Notes: generated from the letters alone by a model not told the origin. A stretch of DNA of 64,000 bases from an uncultured Chloroflexia bacterium (GCA_963774265.1 CAVZDU010000001.1:1376001-1440000), one strand, 5' to 3'; positions 52,791 through 63,122 are shown, numbered from the stretch's first letter. A program made the numbers and translations.

Positions 52791-53969
52791 ATGACACAAG
52801 AATTTGACAGCGTATTGGTGAGACTGGCCGACGGAAGTCGGCCAGTCCGTTCGATTAATATATCCCCCCTGTCTGACCTGGCGCGCGAGCGGCTGTCCGA
52901 CTTTGAGGCGACGTGGCATGCTTTGAGCGCGTCCCGACGCCTCGAATTGATCAGAGAAATGGTCGAGCAGGCGGAAACCAACATTCATTTCAACTTTCAC
53001 GCCATCTTGCGTACGCTATTGCATGATCCCGAACCCGAAGTTCGAAAACTGGCTGTTGAAGGCCTGTGGGAAGATGAGAAGACCAATCTCATCTCGCCCT
53101 TAGCGGGTTTGTTGCTCGACGACCCGGCGGTTGAGGTGCGTGCCGCGGCTGCGATCTCTCTCGGCCGGTATATCCTGCTCGGCGTCTTGGGGGATATCAG
53201 AGAAGAGCCAGCACTGTCAGCCGAGCGGGCTTTGCTTCAGGCCTGGTCGCGCATTGGGGAGGTCCATGATGTCCGCCGGCGCGCGCTTGAGAGCCTGGCA
53301 TATGGCAGCACATCGGACCTGAATGAGATGATCCGGAACGCCTACTACGATGAGGACGCCGCTTTGCGCCAGAGCGCGGTGTTCGCGATGGGTCGCACCG
53401 CCGATGCTCGCTGGTCAAGGCTCGTGCTTGAGGAACTGCACAGCTATGAGCCAGCCATGCGCTTCGAGGCCGCCCAGGCCGCGGGGGAGATGGGCCTCAA
53501 GGCTGCGGTGCAGCCATTGATCAAGTGTGTGGACGATCCAGATGCCAATGTGCGACAGGCGTCTGTTGCCGCGCTTGGCAGAATCGGCGGCCCCGCGGTT
53601 AAGCGTGCGCTCCAGGCCCTCCGTCACCTTGAGGACGAGGCCCTGGTGCAGGCTGCGGAAGACGCCTTGGATGAACTCAACTTCGGCAGCGACACAGCGG
53701 CTGATCCCATAGGGACGGTTCCCAACACCCTGCTAGATTTTGCGATAGGTAGCTCAGTCAAGGAAGCCATCTCTGACGATCTGGATGACCTTGATGACCT
53801 CAAAGATCTCGACCACGACTGGGAATCATCTCTGGGAGATGATGTTCATGATGAAGACGATTTTGGTTTCGAGGACGGCTTGGAGGTCGGTAATGATGAT
53901 GACCTGGATTGGGATGATGCGGACGGGGACGAATATGCCGATGTTGGTGACGACGAGGATGAATTCTAG
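52791..53969 (+). CDS. HEAT/PBS-lyase repeat protein with a long acidic tail
   Basis: Repeats LxDPxxEVRxxAxxxLG; Asp/Glu-rich C-terminal ~70 aa. Confidence 0.87.
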   Translation: MTQEFDSVLVRLADGSRPVRSINISPLSDLARERLSDFEATWHALSASRRLELIREMVEQAETNIHFNFHAILRTLLHDPEPEVRKLAVEGLWEDEKTNLISPLAGLLLDDPAVEVRAAAAISLGRYILLGVLGDIREEPALSAERALLQAWSRIGEVHDVRRRALESLAYGSTSDLNEMIRNAYYDEDAALRQSAVFAMGRTADARWSRLVLEELHSYEPAMRFEAAQAAGEMGLKAAVQPLIKCVDDPDANVRQASVAALGRIGGPAVKRALQALRHLEDEALVQAAEDALDELNFGSDTAADPIGTVPNTLLDFAIGSSVKEAISDDLDDLDDLKDLDHDWESSLGDDVHDEDDFGFEDGLEVGNDDDLDWDDADGDEYADVGDDEDEF

Positions 53970-54511
53970 ATGATGAGCAGCCGGTCTCAATCCTACGATC
54001 GAAAGTCCTCTGCACCAGGCGATGGGGAACAAGACGATCGTGTCAATCGACTGGTAGAAGAAGGCGCGCGCCTGCTGTCACTGCGCCGTCCGGGAGAAGC
54101 ACTGGCACCGCTCCTTCAAGCCCAAGAACTGGACCCGAACAATGTCGGGGTCGCCATCAACATAGGCAGCGCGTATATCTTGCAGGGCAAGCACAAGCAA
54201 GCTATCCCGATACTCGAAAAGGCATCTCGGTTGGAGCCGTCCAATTCGATGGTCTGGATCAATCTGGCGGCTGCCTACCTGGGAAAGCTGCCCTTCTCGA
54301 CACTCGATATGCAGAACCAGGCCATCGAGGCGTTTGAGCAAGCGCTCGCCCTTGATGTGCGCGCGCCCACGTGAACTATAATCTGGGGTTGATTTACCTG
54401 GAACGTAAAGATGTAGAACAGGCCGCCTTGCATTTCTATGCAGCCATCGAGAATGATCCCAATGATCGCGATGCCCAGATGTGGCTCGACAAAATCCGGC
54501 ACGCTTTGTAG
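53970..54511 (+). CDS. TPR protein, apparent frameshift ~54368
   Basis: TPR motifs; continuation VNYNLGLIYLER...AIENDPNDRDAQMWL* ends at 54511. Confidence 0.82.
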
Positions 54512-54595
54512 GGAGGGGATGAGCGTCGCCCCTGCAGGCCCCGGCACACTGAATACCAGGACAGGCTCTGACCTATCCCAAAGGGACGGTTCCCA

Positions 54596-55840
54596 GTGAA
54601 CTGGCGTCAAAATCCTACGCGCGTTGCCTGGTTGATCTTGTTGATCAGCTTTTTTGCGTGTGTCCTGCTTGCGGTCGCGGTGCCGGTGGGAGTGCGCGCC
54701 GTGCTCTTGCACGCCAGTCGGAGCAAGTTCGCGTTTCTTCAAGCCACGCAGGGGACTGCGCAGCTGTGGGCGCCAAACTCGGGTGATGCATCCGCCGTGA
54801 TTGATCGCCGGCCTATTTCGGAAGGCAGTCGCATTGTAACAGACAATGCAACCAAGGCCGTCCTGACGCTCTCCGTCGATGAAACGGGTCAACTTGTATT
54901 AGCCACGGTCCAGCTCTCGCCGAACACGACGGTTCAGCTCGATGAGGCACGGAGTCCGCGCTTCAACGTCAGCCAGGATCCTCACCGGGCGCAGTTTGGC
55001 TTTACCGGCGGACGATTGTTCTTGACCCTGCAGCAGGCCGACCAGCGCGACGTTCAGATTCGTCTTGTGACGCCCAATGCGACTGTTGACCTGACTTCCG
55101 GCGTATTCGATGTGACGGCGGACGAAACTGAGACGCGCGTCCGTGTTCGCTCGGGTACCGCGCGCGTACAGAGCGCGGGTCGTGTCGCGGAAGTTAACGC
55201 GGGTGAACGCGTCAACGTTCTGGCGGGTCGCGCCCCGGAGTTCCCCGTCTCCGACACAGTGAACCTGATCGTCAACGGCAGCTTTGTGCAGCAACTTGCG
55301 CCGCTCTGGCAGGAATTTGCCGAAGTGAAGCCCGGCCAGCGACCGGGTGTTGTGGAACTCATCCAGGACGACCGTCCCACAGGGATGGTTCCCAACCGTA
55401 ACGCTGTCCGGTTCAGCCGGCGCACGGAGGAGGATATTCCGAACCGGGTTGGCCTGGTCCAGGCGGTCAATCGTGACGTTGAGAAGTACGATGATTTGGC
55501 ACTGCGCTTTGACCTCAAAGTGCTGTATCAGAGCGTGCCCGGCGGAGGTGAAAAGGGCACCGAGTACCCGGTGATGGCGGATCTGTTCTACACCGACATC
55601 TATGGGAAGGACCTGCACTGGTACGTAGGATTTTATAATCTGGAGTTGCCGCCGGGCAGTCCCTACCCAACACCATCCGGCGAGCGTGTTCCCCTTGGGG
55701 TCTGGTACACTTACGAGTCGCCTAACTTGTTCGAACTGCTCGAAGAGACGCGGCCCGCGCGTATCAACAGCCTGACCATCTATGCCAATGGTCACGACTA
55801 TGAGAGCCTCGTCTCCGATGTTGCGCTGACGGTCCAATAG
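54596..55840 (+). CDS. FecR-like domain membrane protein with a C-terminal carbohydrate-binding-like beta-sandwich; true start may be ATG 54519
   Basis: N-terminal TM; IVTD...QLSPNTTV, TPNATV and TRVRVRSG resemble the FecR pattern; NLIVNGSF. Confidence 0.7.
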   Translation: MNWRQNPTRVAWLILLISFFACVLLAVAVPVGVRAVLLHASRSKFAFLQATQGTAQLWAPNSGDASAVIDRRPISEGSRIVTDNATKAVLTLSVDETGQLVLATVQLSPNTTVQLDEARSPRFNVSQDPHRAQFGFTGGRLFLTLQQADQRDVQIRLVTPNATVDLTSGVFDVTADETETRVRVRSGTARVQSAGRVAEVNAGERVNVLAGRAPEFPVSDTVNLIVNGSFVQQLAPLWQEFAEVKPGQRPGVVELIQDDRPTGMVPNRNAVRFSRRTEEDIPNRVGLVQAVNRDVEKYDDLALRFDLKVLYQSVPGGGEKGTEYPVMADLFYTDIYGKDLHWYVGFYNLELPPGSPYPTPSGERVPLGVWYTYESPNLFELLEETRPARINSLTIYANGHDYESLVSDVALTVQ

Positions 55841-55878
55841 CGGGTCTAGCTCGAGCGAACCCCCCGTGTGGGACAAGG

Positions 55879-57654
55879 ATGCCTTTGAGTCTCGCGTCGT
55901 CTATTCTACCTGTTGAGTCATCAGCCACGACCAATCCGGACACTGTTCGGCGCGCCCTTTCTGTCCTGCCCCTGGTTGTGGCCCTGGTCGTGTTTGCTGC
56001 CCTTGCGGCATACCACCTCGATCTGCCCGGCCTGCACTACGACGAAGCCAAAGAGGCCGGCGTCAACGCCATGCAACTCCTGACCGGCCGACCGGTGACC
56101 GCGTTCCGCGATGCAACCGTGACGATGGGGCCGTGGCGTATCCCCCTGATGGTTCAGGATTACATCGGCAACCTTAACGTGCTCATGGTCCTGCCGTTTC
56201 TCGCTGCAGGTGGCTTCACGCCGGTTGCACTGCGGGCCTTGCCCCTTGTCTTGGCCATGCTCACCCTGGTATTCGCCTGGAAGCTCGCTGCTCGTTTGGG
56301 CGGACCGCTGGCAGCCGGTGTCACAGCGTTGCTTCTTGCGGTCAATCCGTCTTTCGTCTTCTGGAGCCGTCAAGGTATTTTCGTCACTAACATTACGATT
56401 CTCTTCTTTATGGCCGCCCTTTGGTTTGGGCTCATCTGGTGGCAGGAACGCCGCGCGCTCGACCTGATCGTAGCCGCCTTTATGTGCGGCCTGGGCGTCT
56501 ACGCCAAATTGCTCTTCGTGTGGGCCCTGTTCGCGATGGTTGGGGTGGCTCTTTTCGCCCTCCTTTTGGGCGCGTGGCGGCGCCGTTTTACAGAGGCGCT
56601 CACCTCGTGGCCGACCGTTCCGCACCTCGGGGTGGTGCTCCTCGCGGCAGGGGCGTTTGTCGTTCCGCTGCTCCCGCTCATCGCGTTCAACCTGCAGACC
56701 AGCGGCACCCTGACATCCATCTTCGGCAATCTCGGCCGGTCTTATTATGGAGTGGACAACAGTGCATACGGCGCCAACCTGGGCGTCCGACTGGGACAGA
56801 TCACGACTCTGCTCCGGGGGAGTCAATTCTGGTACCTGGGGGAGACGTATGCCAATCAATGGGCGCCGTGGCTGTTGATCTCATTGGTGGTGTTGGCTCT
56901 CATAACCTGGCTCCTCACACCGCGACGTGGGCCTTTTTGGCCCCTCTTGCCCCTGGCGCTGCTAGCTCTCATCGGGTTGCAGAGCGCGTTCACAGTCAGC
57001 GACCTGTTTATCACCCATTTTGCACTGGTTGTACCTCTGATCCCATTGACGGCCGGCCTAGCTGTCAGCATCTTGTGGCCACGTGCACCCGGCCAGCCTC
57101 ATCCCACCGGACTGAAGGAAGAAGGAACAAGGAAGAAGGAAAATTGTCCTTCTTTCTTCTGTCGTCCAGCCATGATAGCGGTCGGTGTGCTGGGCGTTCT
57201 GCTAGCACTGGCTTGGGCTGGGACTGACGCCACCACGACCATTCGCTACCATCGGATACTGACTATTTCGGGCGGTTACGCAGCTCATTCCGATGCGATT
57301 TATGATCTTGCGGATTACCTGGACAAAGAGAATTTCACCTCACCCGTTGCCTTGGATTGGGGTATTGACGCGCCAGTCCAATTCCTTACGGCGGGGCGGG
57401 TCAATCCCGTCGATGTCTTCGGTTATACGCGCATCGATGCACCGGACCCAGGCTTTGCGGATCGGGTCGAACCGTATCTGGAGGATTGGCAGACGATTTA
57501 TGTAGCGCACTCTCCCGAGAACGTGGTTTTCAAGGGGCGTCTGGAAGCCATTGCCGAGTGGGCTGCTGAGCGAGGCTGGCGCTGGTTCGAGCAGATACGC
57601 TTCGGCCAGCGCAGCGGCGACCCGGTGTACATTGTTTACCGGTTTCTTGAATAG
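55879..57654 (+). CDS. GT39/ArnT-like (GT-C) membrane glycosyltransferase
   Basis: PGLHYDEA, ALRAL, LLAVNP, GLGVYAK; polytopic. Confidence 0.82.
   Translation: MPLSLASSILPVESSATTNPDTVRRALSVLPLVVALVVFAALAAYHLDLPGLHYDEAKEAGVNAMQLLTGRPVTAFRDATVTMGPWRIPLMVQDYIGNLNVLMVLPFLAAGGFTPVALRALPLVLAMLTLVFAWKLAARLGGPLAAGVTALLLAVNPSFVFWSRQGIFVTNITILFFMAALWFGLIWWQERRALDLIVAAFMCGLGVYAKLLFVWALFAMVGVALFALLLGAWRRRFTEALTSWPTVPHLGVVLLAAGAFVVPLLPLIAFNLQTSGTLTSIFGNLGRSYYGVDNSAYGANLGVRLGQITTLLRGSQFWYLGETYANQWAPWLLISLVVLALITWLLTPRRGPFWPLLPLALLALIGLQSAFTVSDLFITHFALVVPLIPLTAGLAVSILWPRAPGQPHPTGLKEEGTRKKENCPSFFCRPAMIAVGVLGVLLALAWAGTDATTTIRYHRILTISGGYAAHSDAIYDLADYLDKENFTSPVALDWGIDAPVQFLTAGRVNPVDVFGYTRIDAPDPGFADRVEPYLEDWQTIYVAHSPENVVFKGRLEAIAEWAAERGWRWFEQIRFGQRSGDPVYIVYRFLE
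57114..57167. repeat. Heptamer tandem/inverted repeat (GAAGGAA x4 / TYCTTCT x2-3) within the GT39 CDS
   Basis: gaaggaa gaaggaa caaggaa gaaggaa aattg tccttct ttcttct gtcgtcc. Confidence 0.8.
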
Positions 57655-57660
57655 ATGTCG

Positions 57661-58836
57661 TCACCGACCTCGCGCAAACCAGATGATGAGCGCCGCGATC
57701 AAAACGAACATGGCTGAAGTGAGGGCAACTGCCGGCAGCCCATCCGCTGCCCACAACCTGGGACCGCTGAGCGAGCCGGCCATGCGGCCGAGTGAGGCGG
57801 CTGATACGTTAAGCGCCATGACGGTCCCGCGCACATCTGGCGCCAACTCCGAGATCAACGGAATTGACGCCACGATGCTGAATTCGAAGGTCAGAAACAT
57901 CAGCGCTACGCCGGTCAATGCCGTGCCGAGACCGCCTGCGAGACGCGGTAAAAGCAGGTAGGCTCCGACGGTTAAAATGAGCCCGGCGAAGACAGACCGT
58001 CGCTTGCCAAGTGAGTCAACGAGCGCGGCCGAGGCGAATTCCGCTGTGAGTTCAGCAACACTGATGACGAGTGACGCCAGACCCAATGCCGCCACCGCCA
58101 GGTCGAATTGTTTTTCCAGCCAGTCGCCGTACACAATGAAGACGTTCTCGTTGGCCAGCGTGATAAGCCACGTCATGGTTAGCAGAGGCAGACAGCGACG
58201 CCAGGGTACTCGCCCGAAGGTCCGCAGAAGCGCGGTACGGTCTATGGGGATGGCCGTGCGGCCGCATTGGGGGCATAGCCCCCATAATGCCGCCAGCGCC
58301 AGCACGCCGGCGCCTGCGATCAGGACAAACGGGGCGCGCCACCCTGATCGAGCGATGAGAAAACCGGCGATCGGCACGCCGAGAAACCATGAGAGCGACC
58401 AGGAGAGCTCCAGAAGGCTCATGACGCGGCCGCGTCGCTCATAAGGCACGCTGTCACCCACGTAGGCTTGCATAGCCGGGTCGAAGGCAGCCTTCGAGAA
58501 ACCCAACAAGGTGAAGGCGAGCAGGGCAACTCCCAGGCCTGGAGCCAGCGCTGTCAGCCCTGCGCCTGCGACCAACGCAAGCAGCCCGGCCAACATCAAG
58601 GGCCGCCGCCCATAGCGATCCGCCGCCAGCCCATAGATCGGACTGAGCGCACCGACGAGCGACCGGATCGTTAGCAGCAGGCTGGCGGTTTCCAAAGGTA
58701 CGCCAAGGCCGCGACTGATTGCGGGCAGAAACGGGTACACGACGCGGAATTGCAGGTTGAGCGCCACACGTGCGAGCAAAATCACAACGAGCTCGCGCGT
58801 GGGATGGCTAGGTGACTTGGCTGGGTGAGTGGCCAT
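57661..58836 (-). CDS. MFS transporter, probably leaderless or with a very short leader
   Basis: Motif A GLAADRYGRRP, about 12 TMs; TGcTATACT lies 8 nt before ATG 58836. Confidence 0.92.
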   Translation of the reverse strand: MATHPAKSPSHPTRELVVILLARVALNLQFRVVYPFLPAISRGLGVPLETASLLLTIRSLVGALSPIYGLAADRYGRRPLMLAGLLALVAGAGLTALAPGLGVALLAFTLLGFSKAAFDPAMQAYVGDSVPYERRGRVMSLLELSWSLSWFLGVPIAGFLIARSGWRAPFVLIAGAGVLALAALWGLCPQCGRTAIPIDRTALLRTFGRVPWRRCLPLLTMTWLITLANENVFIVYGDWLEKQFDLAVAALGLASLVISVAELTAEFASAALVDSLGKRRSVFAGLILTVGAYLLLPRLAGGLGTALTGVALMFLTFEFSIVASIPLISELAPDVRGTVMALNVSAASLGRMAGSLSGPRLWAADGLPAVALTSAMFVLIAALIIWFARGR

Positions 58837-58958
58837 GGTCGGATAGTATAGCAGCATTGAACTTATTTGCCCTGCCCAACGTCATGTATAATGACATCCC
58901 CAGTTTGTGACCGGCGGTGCACCCGCAATGACGATAACTCGGTCCTCAGGAGGAGTTT

Positions 58959-60225
58959 GTGACCAGGCGCTTTCGCAATTCGCTGATTTTTATTACCCTT
59001 GCTTTGTTGGTCTTTGCAGGCACGCTCACGGGTTGTGCGCCTTCGGTTCAGGCCACACCCACGCCGACGAAGACGCCGCGCGTGGAGCCCACTGCCGTTC
59101 CACCCACGGTTGTGCCGACGGAACCGCCGCCGACGCCCGAGCCGACCTCGCCGCCCACAGCCGAACCGACGGCTACGGCCACTGAGCCTCCCGCGACAGA
59201 AACCCCAACGGCTGATTTCGCTCAGGCAACTGCGGTTCAGGTGTCCAATAACCTCAGCACCGTCGTGATCGCGCGCGAGGAGGGCGTTTCTATCTTCACA
59301 GGCCTTCGTCCGGCCGACCCCTCGGTGCTTAACCGCCGGCCCCTGGCAGTTAAGGTCGACAACGATCTGGCTGTAGTGCCCCAATCAGGGCTGAGCAAGG
59401 CCGATATCGTTGTGGAACACCCCAAAGAAGCATGCATGACGCGGCTTACCGCTATATACCAGAGCCAGAATGCACCGCGTATCGGCTCCATCCGAAGCGC
59501 GCGTATCATCGACAAGGAGTTGCCGGTCATTTTCGATGCGATCCTTGCTTTCTCGGGGAGTGTTGAGCCGGTGCGGCAGATGATCTATAAGTCGGACATC
59601 GGCGGCCAGGTGCTGGAGCAGGCGCGTAACGGCAGTGCGTTCTTCCGAGTATCCCAATATTCGCGTACCGTTCAACCTGTTTGCCAACACTGCAACCTTG
59701 TGGAGCGTTGCCACCCAGCGCGGTTGGAATGTGGCCCCGAAGCCTTCCGCGGCATGGGTCTTCTCCGACGGCGCCCCGTCTGGCGGCAAAGCCGCGACAA
59801 AGCTCGACATTCCGTATCCGAAGGCCTATGCGGCATTGCGGGTCGGTTGGCGCTACGATGGGAGCAGCGGGCGGTGGCTCCGCTTGCTGGGCGGTAAACC
59901 CGCCATCGAGAAGACCGATAGCACGCAACTCAGCGCAGCGAACGTGGTGGTTATCACCGCGACCACAGTCCAAACCCTCATCCCCGAGCAAGGGACAAAG
60001 CTAACGACAGGGGCATGCTCGAATGCATCGGTGGAGATCCAGCTTTGGGGTCAAGGCCCGGTCAAGATCTTGCGTGACGGCAAGGTTTACGAGGGGAAAT
60101 GGCTGCGAGCTGACCGTCATGCGCCGTTCCGCTTCGTGGACGCGCAAGGCAAGGATATTCCTCTGAAGCCTGGCAACAGCTGGTGGCAGATCGTGTCATC
60201 GGGCATGCCGGTTACAATCCAATAA
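58959..60225 (+). CDS. DUF3048 (YerB-like) lipoprotein, apparent frameshift ~59650
   Basis: Lipobox LTGC, RRPLAVKVDN, PQSGLSKADIVVE, IGSIRSAR, LKPGNSWWQIV; SD AGGAGGAG. Confidence 0.88.
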
Positions 60226-60317
60226 GCTGAACGGCCGCTGCTGGGAGGAGCTTATCTCTGAGCGAAAACTAAACTCGTTCTCACCTGAGATTAATCTGAC
60301 CATGTGATACTACAGAT

Positions 60318-60432
60318 GCTTCGGGTGAGGGTTCGGGACAGCCTAAACCCAAAGAGAAAAGGTTCCTCCTCCACAACTACATAGGCGGTCTGAGCACGAA
60401 TCCTCGGCGGGTGGGCCGGGGATTCGTGCTTT
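60318..60432 (+). ncRNA. Candidate small RNA with an exposed anti-SD motif
   Basis: Extended -10 TGtGATACT (60303-60311), 5' hairpin GGGTTCGGG-acag-CCTAAACCC, single-stranded CCTCCTCC, strong terminal stem. Confidence 0.4.
60392..60430. terminator. Strong stem-loop/terminator between convergent genes
   Basis: AGCACGAATCCTCGGC...GCCGGGGATTCGTGCT, 16-bp stem. Confidence 0.8.
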
Positions 60433-62926
60433 AACGGGGATATAACCTGCGGTAGAACTCGTAGTTTTGCCAGACTGTCTGCACGTAGACTCGAGTCTCG
60501 TTGATGTTGATCAGCCCTGCAAACAGATCATCATCATTCGGCGCCAACTTCCACCACGCATCCGCGTTTCCTGGTCCGCCGTTGTACGACGCCAGCGCGG
60601 CGAAGACGCTTCCGTCAAAGTGGCTCAACCACTGCCGGACGTAGAATGACCCGAAGGCGACATTCACGTACGGCCAGTATGCCTGGCTGTCCTGGTAGCC
60701 CGGCCATGACATCTGCCTTGCGATCCCGGACGCCGTGCCCGGCATAACCTGCATCAGCCCCTGCGCGCCCGCGGACGATGCTACGCCCGGCTCGAAACGG
60801 CTTTCCTGACGGATGATGGCTGCCAGCAGCCGTGGGTCGAGATTCTGCCGCTCCGCCTCTTGTCGAACTAGCGCCTCATACGGGAAGGGATAGGCGAGCT
60901 TCTGAAGAGCAACCGGCGTCTCACGCAGTGGCTGCGCCCGCAAGCTGATCACCCCCTCTGCGCTCAGCAACGACAACCGGTTTGCACCCGCATCGCGGAA
61001 GGCGAGTGACAGACGCGGCAAGCGTCCAAGGCTCCTTTTCGTAACGTTTACGCACACGTTCCCAGTTCTGCAGCGCTTCGGTGCGCCAGCCAATCGTGTG
61101 CAGCACGTGGCCGCGCTTCCAGTCCGCATCGGTCGTTACGCGCTGTGGTAGGGTGAGGGAGCCCTGACCGGCCCAGCCTTTGAGCCAGTTGCTGATCTCG
61201 GTCCGTTCGTCCAGCGAGCTTTTCAAGAGTAGCGTATCAGTCTTTGCCGCTTCCTCACGCACCCAGGCTTCAGGCTTGCCGTCGAGCCAAGCAGCGGCGC
61301 GGAGACCATAGAAGCTTTCGCCCAGCGCCTTCCCTGCCTCCCACCGCGTCTTGCACCCGCTGCGTCGCCAGCCGCAGCCAGCGCGCGACCCTGCCAATAG
61401 TACCCCACGGGTCGTGCGAAGGCGGCAATGTCCCTGGCTGTCGCCATCTCACCCCACACCTCGGCCACGCGCCGCCACTCGGCTCGCCGGAAGAGCGTCA
61501 TGCCTGCGGCCTGGTATCCGCGCCAGCCCTCATCGGCGCCTGGGTAGCGCCGCGCAACGTCCAGGTAGGCGTCCTGCACCTGATCGATCGCGCTGTCTGC
61601 CAACAGCAACGCGACCTGCCACAGAGCTTTCGGCGCCTGGGGCGAACTAGGTCGCTGTTTCGCCAGATCGCGATACGCGGCCACGGCCTCAGTCGTCCGC
61701 CCTGCGCGAGCCAGGGCCCGGGCCTTGGCCATCCACGCGTCTGCCCATTGGGGGCTGTTTGGCCATTTGCGGATGAACGCGTCCAGCATTTGCAGCCCTG
61801 GGTCCAGTTCTCCCAGGGCAATCTGGCTGAGGCCTGTGTAGTAGAACGCCAGCCCTTGGCGGCCATCCGGCTCGGCTGCGCGCACTCGGTCAAATGCCGC
61901 CACAGCGAGGGCATGGACGCCATTTGAGTGATTTGCCAGGCCGCGTTGGAACTCATCTACTGGCGCACCGGCGCCAAGCAGGGCCACGATGGAGGAGTGG
62001 GCGTAGCTTGACGTGTTGTCGGCATCGACCGCGGCCTGCCAGCGTTTCAACGCTTCGGCGGGATAGGTCGGCGTGATCACACCGGTCGCTTTGATCGCGT
62101 TCGCCACCTGTGCCAGCGCATTGCCCGACAGGAATTGCATTTCCGCTGCCCATGCCCCCGTCGTGGCGTTTCCGCGGAGCGCATCATATTGTGCAACAGC
62201 TTCCTTTGCGTTTCCAACCGCCTCCGCGAGGCCGGCCAGGTTCCGGCGGATGGCCACGGTGTTGGTCCAGTCCGGCGACTTGGCCAGCGCCTGGCGGTAG
62301 GCCTCGGCCGCGCCGCTCGGGTTGTATTGCGCCTGCCGCTGGGCAGCGATACGCTGCCACGTCAGGTACTGCAGCTCCGGCGTGAGGGCCAGGTGGGCCT
62401 GGTACGCGGCTTCGGCCGCCTTCCAATTCCCCAAACTGGACAGCGCTTCACCCAACAGGAAGTGGGCCGGCGCCCGATGCGCATCCTCTGATGGTGCGGT
62501 GGACAGCAGATCCTTTAGCGTGGCCATGGCCTCAGCGGCCGCGTTATCGCGCAAATAGCACTGCGCCATTCGGTATTTTGCTTCGGCGCCTGCTGTGGCT
62601 GTTGGCTGGCTTTTTATGATGGTGGCAAAAATCCGCCGCGCCTGATCGCAGTTCCCGATGAGCTGTTGGAAGCGCCCTTCTTCCAACTGAGCTGCTACGG
62701 CCTGGCCGGGTTGTTGGCTGTCTGCGCCCGGTGCAGGTGTGGTCGCGCGAGTGGCGACCGGCGTGGCGTTCGACTTGATAGTTGAAGATGCTACAGGGCC
62801 AGGTGTCGCCCCTGGTGTGCGTGTGGGGGCAGCCCCCTGATGCGCAGGGCTGGCCAGCAAGGGCGTTGAAGAAAGGGCAAGGCAGGCCAACAAGATCAGG
62901 CTTGCCAGAGTGCGTTTGGGAATCAA
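60431..62926 (-). CDS. Soluble lytic transglycosylase (SLT) with N-terminal TPRs, apparent frameshifts ~61350 and ~61020
   Basis: Signal peptide, TPRs, AIIRQESRF, GAQGLMQVMP, ASYNGGPG, ETRVYV. Confidence 0.9.
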
Positions 62927-63122
62927 GATAGACTACTCCGTTATGCCGCCACTGGCTCAACTGCCAGCGCAGGCTTCTGCTTGCCCGCACGCGGCCTCGT
63001 CGTGTTGCGTGTGGCGAAGTGCGGCACTGGCGTTGGCTTTATCACTCGCGTTCAAGCGAAACCTCATCTGGAAAGGAGGCTCCTCTATCAAGAACGCATG
63101 AGAGGCCTGGGAGGTTCCGTTC

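Larger units (their letters stand above)
51438..55394 (+). repeat. Cluster of 9 same-orientation 20-bp repeats, consensus TCCCANAGGGAYGGTTCCCA
   Basis: Copies start at 51438, 51459, 51834, 51855, 52004, 52753, 53705, 54576 and 55375. Confidence 0.92.

Noticed and set aside
51438-55394. 20-bp repeats as a CRISPR array
   Set aside because: Spacing is irregular (21 bp to ~950 bp), copies lie inside CDSs, and no cas genes are present.
62927-63122. Small ORFs or regulatory RNA upstream of slt
   Set aside because: ORFs have no recognisable features or clear RBS; only a weak terminator-like hairpin is visible.
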